From the IMG/VR virus record IMGVR_UViG_3300008262_000001: 64,000 nt of DNA. One strand, 5' to 3'. This document shows positions 19,445 through 29,800 of this stretch, piece after piece (positions within the stretch are counted from its first letter, which is position 1; each line of letters opens with the position of its first letter). The position numbers and the translations under genes are program-made. The stretch comes from a virus. Lineage: Duplodnaviria > Caudoviricetes. Under the pieces are notes generated by a model. That model had not been told where the DNA came from. It saw nothing but the letters and a program-made list of their open reading frames with translations, and ran no database searches.

Positions 19445-22400
19445 TTATTTATTTGTGATAACATTTTGTGAGTAAGCTGGAGAAACCAAGGATGTCTTAG
19501 TGTAGCTTCCAGAAACTAAAACGTCAAAGGAAAAAAGATCCTCGTTCTTTACTTGAATATCTATACCTATCTTTTTGGTATAAGTGATATTCTTAAGGTT
19601 ACCAGCAGATCTCCAACCTCCAATATATCCTAATTTGTCCTGTGCTCTAAGTTGGAATATAATTGGAACTGTAATCGCGTTTTCTTGTCCAAATTCGAGT
19701 GTCTTTTTTGCTAACTGTGTTGAACCTTCAACTTGTACTGCCGTGTGATCTGTAGGAGCTAAAAATAAATAAGCTCCACATGAGAACTTACCACATAAGT
19801 ATTCATCAAATTCTACAAATCCTAGCTTATTAGGATAAGAATTATCATCGGTTCCGAATGTTGATCCCGAGTTAGCTCCATAAAATTCCAATTGCTGAAT
19901 TGAAAGATTTTGAGGATTTGCAGTGTCGTATCCAACTGGTTCAGAAGTGATGTTTGTATCAACTTCAAATCCTAAAGCATGTCTAAATGCTGGATATATC
20001 ATTGGACCAGAAGAAGTAACAGAGGGTCTTTCTAAATCAGTAAAACTTAGGGCAGATCCATCATTGATTTGAGGGTGAGAAATATGAATACAGAATTCAT
20101 TTAAGTTTCCTCCCCCTACTGGTGTTGTTCCAGAATAGGTTCCGCTCCAAACTCCTGAGTTTGCTCCCGCACCACCGACTGCTGTTGTATCAGGATCAAA
20201 AGGCATTAGTATACCATAGTTGTTGATCGGATAATTCGCACCTCCAGAAGATGACCCGTTTGAAATAGTCCAGCCTAAAGTTGTACTAGGGGTAAAATAA
20301 AGATTCTGGTCTAGGCCTACACTCTTATACCTTGGATAAATGAATTGCGAATAAGCATTTCCACTTTGGTATCCAAGAGCTTGAATGAAATCACCGGGTG
20401 TTGTGGTATCAACTTGTGAAGCAACCACACCGGATAATTGTACAGGGGTTTCTCCATATTTTCTATTAGTATCATAATCACTACTAACTGCAAATGGGGG
20501 TGGTGAGATAGCAGAGTTAGGCGCTTTAACACCCTGACCTCCAGGAATTAATGAAGTTAGTTCAAGAGGAGTAGCTGCTTCATTTCTTAATTCAACATAA
20601 TAAGTAACAGTGGCTATCTTACCCTTATTATTCGGATTAGAAAGGTCTATAAGCTCATTATAATAACCTGCGAAGAAGTTAACAGTGCTTCCTGGTTTAA
20701 TCTTCGTAGAAGTGTTCCCATTTGTGATATAAACTCCAAGAGTTCCTTTTGCTTTAGCAATTAACGATCTTAAGTTCTGGAGTTCATTGTCTATTTGAGT
20801 AAGCTTCTGGAATAAATCTATTGCCACTCCATTTGGATCGAAAAATCCAGAAGAAATTACTGTTGAATTGTGAGCATAGTACTTATCACCGGATGTAAAT
20901 GAAGTAGACAAGTGTTGGTCTAAACCTTTTGCTTGTAAATCAGCTTGAACCTGAACCAAAGTTTGGTCACTTACATTCTGCTCAATAAATGGAGAGTTAT
21001 CAATCTGTACAGCAAGATCTGGTGGAAACTCAACCACTATTGAGGTTGACCAATCAGACGTTAAAGGATTAGTTGGCCAGCCTGCTTCAGAAATTGCTTG
21101 AACCTGTATTTCTACTTTTTCGCCTTTTGAGATTGCAACGTCCAATTGGTTGATGTTTACTGTGTTGGCATCGCTAACATCTTCAAGCTTCCACACATAT
21201 GTACCTCTTTTTTGGTCATAAACTTTCTTTCTAAGATCGCTCTTAGTTTGTGTCCAGTTCGAGAATTGACCAGGTTTGCTTACTCCATCATTGTCAACAA
21301 AGTCAATTTGAGTTGTACCGTTACTGTTTCCTGTAAGAGAAAGATATCGATATCTGATATTGAATTGAACTATGTTTTGTTCTCCTGTTTTAGGATCAGA
21401 AAGGGGTTCTGGAATTGGCCAAAAACCTCTAACTCTATATTTAGGAGCTTCCTTAAGCTCCGGAGTTGTAGTGGTTAAATTATTTAAGTCAGTTATTGTT
21501 GTGGCTAAGAGATCAGTTTTTGTTGCCTTTTCTTTAGTTAAAGTTGATATTTTGTCGCTCAACTTTTTGAATTCAGCAGTTGGTGCTTTCTTAGTGGCAG
21601 TTGTTGTAAGATCTGAAATCTGTTTTCTTGTTTGATCTATTGCTTTGTCAATAGAAGAGATTTCATTTTTTAAAGAGGTTTTTACCTGTACTTTCTCTTT
21701 GAAAAGTTTATTTTCTTTAGAGTCTGTGATCTGTGTATTAACCTGTACAACTTTGAAATTTTCCTGTGCAACAACAGGTGCAGCAGGAGATAATCCAAAA
21801 ACTGCAGGAATCGTTTTTTCTTTTGCAGCTGCTATGAATGTTTGTCCAAAATCAGAAACTTGGGAATTGTAAAATTCTGCTAAAGTCTTCACACCATCGC
21901 TGGTATTGATCTGAAGCTCATTTGACCAAAATGTGATACCAGGACTGTAAGTGCTTGAAGCTACATTGAAGTCACCATCAATCGATTTGAGAAAAATAGC
22001 CTGTCTTTCATCAAATCCAACATTTACTTCCACTCTTCTGTTTGATAAGACATTCGATGAAATAGCAAGTGAATCATTTCCAATTCTAATCGGTTCAAAT
22101 CCAAATAGTCTTCTTAATACAACTGTCGAATCTGAGTTATCAATCGAGGTAATCTCGTATTTGGTACCACCTGTTGTGATAAGTTGATCACCTTTTGTAA
22201 GGGTTCTCGAATCTGTAGTTGTTGAAAGAGTATCTGTATATCTTAAAGTGGTAAGTTTATATTTCCTTACAGTATTAGTTGAAGTGACTCCGTTTTGTGT
22301 TGTTTGAGTTTCTTCATCAAATATTCTAAGTACACCGAATGAACCTTTGTATCTTAGCGTTCTTAATTCTAAGTCATTAACTTGTTCATCAACAAAATAT

Positions 22401-22978
22401 TGTATGCCTTGACCTTCTAGAGCTGCAATAAAATCTGCATCAGTAAGATCATTTCTGCCTTTAATGTTTGTGTCGAAGTATTGTCTTTGTATGTCAGTCT
22501 GAGTGTTTGCAATTATTCTTTTTAGCTGAACGCTTTCAGAATTGTCAGGAATTTGATTTTCAACATCAACTGTAATATAGAGTAAAGGATTTAAGAAAGA
22601 TTCAAAAAACCAATTATTTCTTGCTCTGAATGTTGCTGGAACTTGAAGACTAGTTGGTGAAGAAGGATCTTTTAAAACAGAAGCTTGATAAATTTTAGAA
22701 ACAGTACCATCAGATTTTCTAATATTTGCAGTGTTATCCTCAAGTCCTGAAAGAGCTAAAATATTCTGATCCAGTCTATTAATCTCAGATTTCAAAAATC
22801 CATAAGATGGAATTTGAATATTTTCTGAAGTGTTATCATCCTTCAGAAATTCAATCTCTACTGAGTCATTAGGAGAAGTTGCAACATCGTTAAGCTTATT
22901 AATAATTTCCAGAGAATTTTTCTGTAATCTTAGAAATTGAGCTATTAAAGATGCAAACGAATTTTTGGTACTCGACAT
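19445..22978 (-). CDS. Putative virion structural protein with coiled coil and FN3-like segment (1177 aa)
   Basis: Central heptad region (SLKNEISSIDKAIDQTRKQISDL) and VEIQVQAISEAG...SDWS FN3-like end. Confidence 0.6.
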   Translation of the reverse strand: MSSTKNSFASLIAQFLRLQKNSLEIINKLNDVATSPNDSVEIEFLKDDNTSENIQIPSYGFLKSEINRLDQNILALSGLEDNTANIRKSDGTVSKIYQASVLKDPSSPTSLQVPATFRARNNWFFESFLNPLLYITVDVENQIPDNSESVQLKRIIANTQTDIQRQYFDTNIKGRNDLTDADFIAALEGQGIQYFVDEQVNDLELRTLRYKGSFGVLRIFDEETQTTQNGVTSTNTVRKYKLTTLRYTDTLSTTTDSRTLTKGDQLITTGGTKYEITSIDNSDSTVVLRRLFGFEPIRIGNDSLAISSNVLSNRRVEVNVGFDERQAIFLKSIDGDFNVASSTYSPGITFWSNELQINTSDGVKTLAEFYNSQVSDFGQTFIAAAKEKTIPAVFGLSPAAPVVAQENFKVVQVNTQITDSKENKLFKEKVQVKTSLKNEISSIDKAIDQTRKQISDLTTTATKKAPTAEFKKLSDKISTLTKEKATKTDLLATTITDLNNLTTTTPELKEAPKYRVRGFWPIPEPLSDPKTGEQNIVQFNIRYRYLSLTGNSNGTTQIDFVDNDGVSKPGQFSNWTQTKSDLRKKVYDQKRGTYVWKLEDVSDANTVNINQLDVAISKGEKVEIQVQAISEAGWPTNPLTSDWSTSIVVEFPPDLAVQIDNSPFIEQNVSDQTLVQVQADLQAKGLDQHLSTSFTSGDKYYAHNSTVISSGFFDPNGVAIDLFQKLTQIDNELQNLRSLIAKAKGTLGVYITNGNTSTKIKPGSTVNFFAGYYNELIDLSNPNNKGKIATVTYYVELRNEAATPLELTSLIPGGQGVKAPNSAISPPPFAVSSDYDTNRKYGETPVQLSGVVASQVDTTTPGDFIQALGYQSGNAYSQFIYPRYKSVGLDQNLYFTPSTTLGWTISNGSSSGGANYPINNYGILMPFDPDTTAVGGAGANSGVWSGTYSGTTPVGGGNLNEFCIHISHPQINDGSALSFTDLERPSVTSSGPMIYPAFRHALGFEVDTNITSEPVGYDTANPQNLSIQQLEFYGANSGSTFGTDDNSYPNKLGFVEFDEYLCGKFSCGAYLFLAPTDHTAVQVEGSTQLAKKTLEFGQENAITVPIIFQLRAQDKLGYIGGWRSAGNLKNITYTKKIGIDIQVKNEDLFSFDVLVSGSYTKTSLVSPAYSQNVITNK

Positions 22979-22983
22979 TTAAA

Positions 22984-25167
22984 TTATTTTATTTGATCAA
23001 CTTCGAATGTTAAATTCACATCGTCAGTACAAACTATATCAAAGATAGGCTTATAAGAAGAAGTACTGAATTGTGTATTTAAGAATCCTGCTACTACTAC
23101 AGAATAAGGAACTCCAGAAGGTGCATTTTTAGGATATTCTCCAAGAGCATCTGTTAATACTACTAAGGAATAATTTCCTAAATCAATCTCATCACTTATC
23201 ACCAATCTCATAACCTGTCCTTTTTTCCATTTGGTAATTGAGTCATCGATTTTGATAACTATATCATTGGTTGCAGTTATTGAAATTCCGTTATTCTTAT
23301 GCTTAAGATAATTTGTATAGATTTCTAATCCTACTGTGTTACCAGCTACAGGATTGATTGTAAATATGGAATTAGGTCCTATATTATAATCCTGTTGTGT
23401 GACATCAACTCTTAAGATATTAGGAATTGTTCTATCTACTTGCGTTCCCTTTCCATCTTTCAATAGATCCAAATTATAGGACATATTAATTGATGTTTGA
23501 TTTTGCAAAATGTCCTGAATATCATCGCTATTTTTCTCAATGAGGAATAAGATATCTTGAGTGTTCTCAAACAGTGCCTGATTTGCCTGTAATGAATTCT
23601 CAACAATAGTTAGTCTATTTTTTATTTCATTACTGTCATCAGTATTGATGATAAGGTCCTTTAAGGCAGCAACTTCATCTTGGAGATTCATGATCTCCAA
23701 AGTTCTGTCGTTCAAATTCTTGGCAGCATCCTGTAACACAGTTGCAGCATCCATGAATATAGAAAGAGAGAAAGAAGAGTAATCGTTAATTGCTTGTTCT
23801 ACACCAGTACTTTCAACATCAGTGTCAAACTTTAAATTGATCTTGAAACCATAGGAATTTCCATTGAGTTTGGTTATTGGATCAGGCTTGAACTTATTGA
23901 AACTTGGAAGTTTAGCAGCATTTCCAGAAACTGGCTCAGGATCATTAAAGAATAAGATTCCGTAAAGATTTGTTTCTGAATCGGTAGGATTATTAGGATC
24001 ATACACATCATAATAAATCAGTGCTGCATTAAATTCAAAAGAAACTGTACTTGGTGTTGAATTCCATTCTTCAATAGTTGTAATTCCAACGTAGTTTTGT
24101 ACTGCCTTGTAAGATGATGGTTCAAAATCAATTTGTACACCATCTAAGTTGCTTCTTTTGTAACTAACTGTAAATCCGCCTAAACCTGTAGCTGCTACAT
24201 ATTTTTCAAGTTCATAGTTTGAGGCATCGAAGAAAGAAGGATCACTGAAATAAGAATTAGCCTCATCTCTTGGAGAGTACCAATTCGAACTGAATGTACC
24301 TGTTGCTGATGTGCCACTTACTCCAGGTTCTCCTAAAACGTCCTGGTCGAAAATAGCTAATTTTGGTAGCCCGTTTGGACCATAAACTCCAGAAGCAGAA
24401 TCTCTTCCTTGAATATACTCTGTATCTAAAGGGTCAGAAGGATTGTGAGTCCATGTTCTATCCGGATAGTAATTTTCATCAGCTACGGTTTTGAAAAGAA
24501 CATAAGGAGTTGCACCATCACTAGTTGGAACGTGAATATAAACCTCAGAATATGCGTTTTCTGAATTTTGTACAGAATTTACAACGTCAATTTCTCCGAT
24601 ATATTGGACTAATCTTTCATATCTTGGAGTAGGAGTTCCATTACCAGTTAAATATGTGTCTTCTTCTACCCATCTTTTGTCTGAGTATGGAAAACCATTA
24701 ACTGTACTTGTTGTTACTTGGTCAAGAGTGGAAACCACTTCGTTTGAATTAGCTGCTCTATAACGGATTCCTCCTAATTCTTTTACCCATTTCCAAAAAA
24801 CTCTTTCCGAAACGTTTCTTTTTAACTCCGCATTATAATTTGCATCAGAAATAACAGTGCTTTCTAAATTCAAACAATAGTTTTGGAAAGAAATTTCTGC
24901 AGACGGACTTAAATTATTCGGGTTTGACAGAATAAAATCTCCATAAGCAGCATCTAAGAATGTCGTATCAATAGCATCGAACTGAAACGAGTTTTCCCCA
25001 TAAGTTGGACTTCCGAATTCAGGAAGTTTAAGAAGAGCATATTTTGAGAACTTAAATTTCTTTAATGAATTATTAAAGGTAAGTGATAAATCCTCTGCAG
25101 CAGAAGAGAAGGTATAAAATGTACCTCCCTGAACTGATATGGGTCTTATAAAAGGGGTTTTTGCCAT
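22984..25167 (-). CDS. Putative virion structural protein (727 aa)
   Basis: ORF in the structural operon; coiled coil near the C-terminus. Confidence 0.6.
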   Translation of the reverse strand: MAKTPFIRPISVQGGTFYTFSSAAEDLSLTFNNSLKKFKFSKYALLKLPEFGSPTYGENSFQFDAIDTTFLDAAYGDFILSNPNNLSPSAEISFQNYCLNLESTVISDANYNAELKRNVSERVFWKWVKELGGIRYRAANSNEVVSTLDQVTTSTVNGFPYSDKRWVEEDTYLTGNGTPTPRYERLVQYIGEIDVVNSVQNSENAYSEVYIHVPTSDGATPYVLFKTVADENYYPDRTWTHNPSDPLDTEYIQGRDSASGVYGPNGLPKLAIFDQDVLGEPGVSGTSATGTFSSNWYSPRDEANSYFSDPSFFDASNYELEKYVAATGLGGFTVSYKRSNLDGVQIDFEPSSYKAVQNYVGITTIEEWNSTPSTVSFEFNAALIYYDVYDPNNPTDSETNLYGILFFNDPEPVSGNAAKLPSFNKFKPDPITKLNGNSYGFKINLKFDTDVESTGVEQAINDYSSFSLSIFMDAATVLQDAAKNLNDRTLEIMNLQDEVAALKDLIINTDDSNEIKNRLTIVENSLQANQALFENTQDILFLIEKNSDDIQDILQNQTSINMSYNLDLLKDGKGTQVDRTIPNILRVDVTQQDYNIGPNSIFTINPVAGNTVGLEIYTNYLKHKNNGISITATNDIVIKIDDSITKWKKGQVMRLVISDEIDLGNYSLVVLTDALGEYPKNAPSGVPYSVVVAGFLNTQFSTSSYKPIFDIVCTDDVNLTFEVDQIK

Positions 25168-25180
25168 TAAATGCTATTAA

Positions 25181-26098
25181 TTAGAAGTTCCAGTTTGATG
25201 TGGCTGATAGAACGACCCATGATCCCTTTTCAGAGGCATCAGATTGAGCTATTCTAGGTTCCCACATGAGGGTAAGTGCAGATTTGTACTGATTTGCAGT
25301 GGTTGTGAATTCTGGCGATGTATATTGTCCATCAGCAGTATTGAATCCAGTATAGTATTGTAAACCTGGTCCAGTAACTCCAGTTGCTATTGAGCCACTT
25401 GAGGTTGCTGTGTCTATTAAAGTAACAGTAAATCCTGCAGGAATATCGGAAGCTGTAGCTCCTGATCCTGTTGTTGCATAAAAGAAAAATCCAGTGGTAA
25501 ATCCTGCATCACCCGGTGCAGATGAAACATAATCGGATTGAATATAAATCACATTTTCAGTCAATGTTAACTGATAAGGATTTGAGTATGTTCCTGTTAC
25601 GCCTGCTCCGGGAGCAGCTGGGAATACTGTTGTAGATCCAACTGAAGCTTTTCTGTTTGTGTTTACTACGCTACCAGAAGCTCCGAAAGTTAGTGCTCCG
25701 TCCATAATTGCTTTTGCCTGGAAGGTAGCAGTTGCACCAAACGTAGCAGAACCTGTTGCTGAAAAGGCATTCGATTGAAGCACATTTGAGAAAATACCAG
25801 TGGCACCAGCAATCGTATTAGAAGCTACCATAAAACCAGCACTTGCTCCAGTTCCATAAATTTGAATAGTTGGAGATCCTGCTGAAGGCATGACCATACT
25901 ATTGGAAAGGAAGGACTTAGCCTTGATTTGACCGCTGGAAGCTGAAGAAACGTCTATCGATCCAGTTAAAACATTAATGTTAAAAGTGTCTTCTAAATCA
26001 TTATAAGCGTTCTCTAATAGTAAAAAATTAGCATTAATTGTAAGTCTTGAACCCGAAATAGAATCGGTTCCAAGGATTTCATTGATTGTTACTGCCAT
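25181..26098 (-). CDS. Short fibre/appendage protein
   Basis: N-term ILGTDSISGSRLTINANF is paralogous to the 10063-12993 fibre N-term; G/S/T/A-rich. Confidence 0.6.
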   Translation of the reverse strand: MAVTINEILGTDSISGSRLTINANFLLLENAYNDLEDTFNINVLTGSIDVSSASSGQIKAKSFLSNSMVMPSAGSPTIQIYGTGASAGFMVASNTIAGATGIFSNVLQSNAFSATGSATFGATATFQAKAIMDGALTFGASGSVVNTNRKASVGSTTVFPAAPGAGVTGTYSNPYQLTLTENVIYIQSDYVSSAPGDAGFTTGFFFYATTGSGATASDIPAGFTVTLIDTATSSGSIATGVTGPGLQYYTGFNTADGQYTSPEFTTTANQYKSALTLMWEPRIAQSDASEKGSWVVLSATSNWNF

Positions 26099-26115
26099 TT
26101 GGGATTTCTTTTTTT

Positions 26116-26125
26116 GATATATATC
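26116..26125. promoter_or_regulatory. Palindromic GATATATATC, motif on both strands
   Basis: In the divergent intergenic region between the fibre gene (26098, -) and phoH (+). Confidence 0.55.
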
Positions 26126-26209
26126 CTGTACTAATCAAGATAGGAAAAGACAGGCATTTTATTAAACAGCAAAATGCTAAGTAGTTTCTTAGAAAAAAAG
26201 AGTTTCTTT

Positions 26210-26884
26210 ATGACAACTGAAAACAACTGGACCCAGAAAAGAAAACCTAAAAATCCTATTAAATTCAAGATCACTCTAAACGACGAACAGAAAGAAGCAA
26301 AAAGAATTATTCTAGAAAATCCTGTAAATGTTCTTAAGGGAGCAGCAGGATCTGGTAAGACACTTTTGGCTGTTCAGATAGCTTTAGACTTGTTATTTAC
26401 TAGAGAGGTAGAAAGAATTGTAATCACCAGACCAACTGTAGCCAAGGAGGATATAGGTTTTTTGCCCGGCGATTTAAAGGAAAAAATGGATCCGTGGTTG
26501 GCTCCAATTTATTCAAATTTAGAGATGCTATACGAAAAGGAGAAAATCCAAAAACTCCTAGCTGAAGGGATAATTGAAATATTGCCATTTCCTTTCATGA
26601 GAGGTAGAACCCTTGTTAATTCATGTGTGGTAGTTGATGAAGCACAAAACGTCACAATGAACCAGATGGAAATGGTTCTAGGTAGATTAGGAGTCGGTTC
26701 TAAGATCATGATTTGTGGGGACACTTCTCAGATAGATCTTAAAAACAAGAAGGAATCGGGATTAGATTTCATGAACACCATCTCTGCAAGAGTAGAAGGA
26801 GTTAAGGTTATTTCACTCAAGCAAAACCATAGACATCCAATCGTTCCTTCTATCTTAGACGTTTACAGGGAGTATACAGTTTAA
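26210..26884 (+). CDS. phoH: PhoH-like ATPase
   Basis: GAAGSGKT, ITRPTV, IGFLPGDLKEKMDPW, MRGRT, DEAQN, GDTSQID, RHPIV; likely start ATG 26210 (track start 26174). Confidence 0.95.
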   Translation: MTTENNWTQKRKPKNPIKFKITLNDEQKEAKRIILENPVNVLKGAAGSGKTLLAVQIALDLLFTREVERIVITRPTVAKEDIGFLPGDLKEKMDPWLAPIYSNLEMLYEKEKIQKLLAEGIIEILPFPFMRGRTLVNSCVVVDEAQNVTMNQMEMVLGRLGVGSKIMICGDTSQIDLKNKKESGLDFMNTISARVEGVKVISLKQNHRHPIVPSILDVYREYTV

Positions 26885-29800
26885 ACCTCTAATTCCTGAG
26901 ATTCTTGTTCAAGATCGAACTTTGATAAAGGTGGAAATCCTAATGTCTTTCTGTTGTCGTAGATTGTACGAATTAGATAGTCGTCTGGATTTACAACTTC
27001 AGGAATTAAGTCTCCCGCAAAAGCTTCTTTGTGGTCTATAACACGAACTTTTCCTTTGTGTTGTGTTTCATAAGTGTTTCCGTTTGCGTCTTGTAATTGA
27101 CAAGAAATGGAATAAAAACCAGGAGTTGTGAATGTCCAAATGAAATATGGAGTTCTTCTAACCTTTACTATTTCTTCACCAGTGTCAGTGTCAGTTAAAA
27201 CCCATGTGTGGTTTTTCTTTCCAGGAATTAAAGAATCAATTGGATTTATGAAAATGGTTGAAGCCAAAGGGATTTCGAATTCTTCTTGATAGAATCTTTC
27301 CTCTTTCCAAGACCAAGAATGTGAACCTAACCAGCTTTGTACAGATCCTATGCTAAGACCTGGATCAAACCTTTCTTTAGGTATTTTCCCAATGAAAGCA
27401 TCGTTAAGTGTTCCTGGAGGAGTTGCGAGGTAGGGGGAGAAATCCGCATTGCCTCTAAATAGTCCAGTGATGTAAACATTTTCTTCGTCGTCAAGAATAA
27501 GATCTGCTCCAGAATCACTATTGACCCCACCTGCAGTTACAATGTCTATCAATAATCCATCCTTGTTGAATTTGGTCAAGTAAATATCAGATCCACCCCT
27601 AGAAACAACAGTATCTGGTGAAAAATATGCTGTAGTTGTGAAGGATCCAGTAATATAAACATTCTCTTGGGAATCACTTTCTATGTCAAAAGCAAAATCC
27701 CCAGAAGCTCCTCCACACATTTTCATCCAAATCAATTTACCAGTTGATAGAAGCTTAATGACAAAAATATCTGATGAAGAAGAGAAAGAAGAAATAGATT
27801 GACCTTCCAATTCAAGTGTTCCTGTAAATGCTCCAGTTACCAAAAGATGTCCATTTGGATCTAATGTGATTGAATTTGTAGAAATCGATGTGGTTGGTGT
27901 TGCAGCCAAAGACTCGGCCCAAAGACACGTTCCACTTCCTGCATCAAATTTTGCAAGGAACATATCAGTAGATCCAACATTTGTAAGTTCGATTCCACCT
28001 AAGTCTATAATTCCTGAAAATATTCCTGAGCAATAAACGTATTCTTCGTTAAGTACTGCGATTTCAAAAACTCTTGATATACTTGATGACTCAATTTGCT
28101 TGACCCAGACATAATCAAAATTGAAGTCAAGTTTAGCGATGAATCCATTAGAATTGGTTGCAGTTAATGTGAATGGCCCAAAGTTAACTGTACCTCTAAA
28201 GCTACCACATATATAAACGTTCTCATATTTGTCAGTTTTAACATCGAAAATAAATCTTGTGCTAGGAACTGATATTGTTAAAGAATTAAGCTGTACACCA
28301 TCCGGACTTATCTTAACTAATTCTAAGGTTGATGATAGTTGATCCTCATATACAACATACAAATTGTTGTAAGCATCTGTTGTTACAGATCTAGAGGTTA
28401 TTAAGTTTCCTGGGCTATTAAGAGAAATTGCCCATTGTAAAACCCCTACCTTATTATACTTAGTGACGTAAACACTTTGCGAGGATTCAGTAAGAGTGAC
28501 TGTGGAAATATTGCTTTTTTCTCCCAAAGTTATTGTTCCTCTGAAATCTCCTATGCCTATAATAAAGCCTTCAGAATCAACTGTAAGTTTAACTCCCTGG
28601 TCATTAAAATTACTTCCAAGTGTTACTACCCATTCGAAATTTTGGAATAAATCATTTGATTTTTTCTGCAGAATTCTTTCTATTTGAGCGTTTCTCCAGT
28701 AACTTTCCTTAGTCGCTTTTCCGCTAATAATATCTCTAAGTGGTGCATATAAGAAGGTATCATTTAAATTTAGAGAAGGGAATTGGTTTTTCAAACTTTC
28801 TAATGAATACCTCTGCCAAGTTGGTTTATACCAAGAATATCTGTCAACAGAAGGAATTTCTGGTCTAACTATATTGGAATCTAAAGTGATGTTGTCATAG
28901 AACGGACCAACTAAGAAATTGAATCCTATTTGGTTGTTTCCTATAGCAGAATTGTAAACATATTTTATTTTAGGAAGGGGCGTCGATGTTTCGTGATAAA
29001 CAAAATCCCAACCATTTGTTCCACTAAACTTAGATGTAGCGTGAATGTGAGGAATAATATAATCTAACTTACCTATTTCTCCAGCTAAAGTTGTAAATAT
29101 TAAATTTCTAGGGAAAGTTGTTTCTCCATTCTTAATAGTTTTCCAGGGTGCTGAAAGAGCAGATTTTCCGTAAACATTTGGACAAGGATCAATAGGAGTT
29201 GATCCATCGTTTCTATATAGAACCTGAGTGAAGAAGTAACCATCAAAGAAATAAAGCTCAGATGAAGAAGGTGCTGTTTCAATAGCAAACCAGATATTTC
29301 CGTTGCCTGTTTCAACTATGTTTGTAAAGTTACCAACAGAAATCTCAGGATTAGTTGAATTGTTCCAAACTGCCCATCTTTCCTCGTCCCAATAAGCTAA
29401 TCCGTTATCAGTTCCTATCCATTTATGATTTAGTGAATCGAGTTCAATTGAATAAACATCATTAGAAGGAATACCAGAACTGGATGTATTGAAGTTTCTG
29501 AAGTTAACCCCATCAAATCTAATAAGTCCAGCATTTTCAGTAGCTATCCATAAATACCATTTAGTGAATGAATAATATTCCAGTCGTAAATCTCTAATAA
29601 TATCATCACCAAGATCTGAATTGGAAGGAGTAAAGAGTTTCCAAGATTTTCCAAATCCATCATAGTAAAGAAGTCCATTATAGGAAGGTGATGTATTTGA
29701 AATAAAAGCTGCAAAAATATCCCCTGATTGTGGATTAATCTCAATAACTTTAATACTTGAGTTAGCATCTGGACAAACCATATTCCCCTGATTGTCTATG

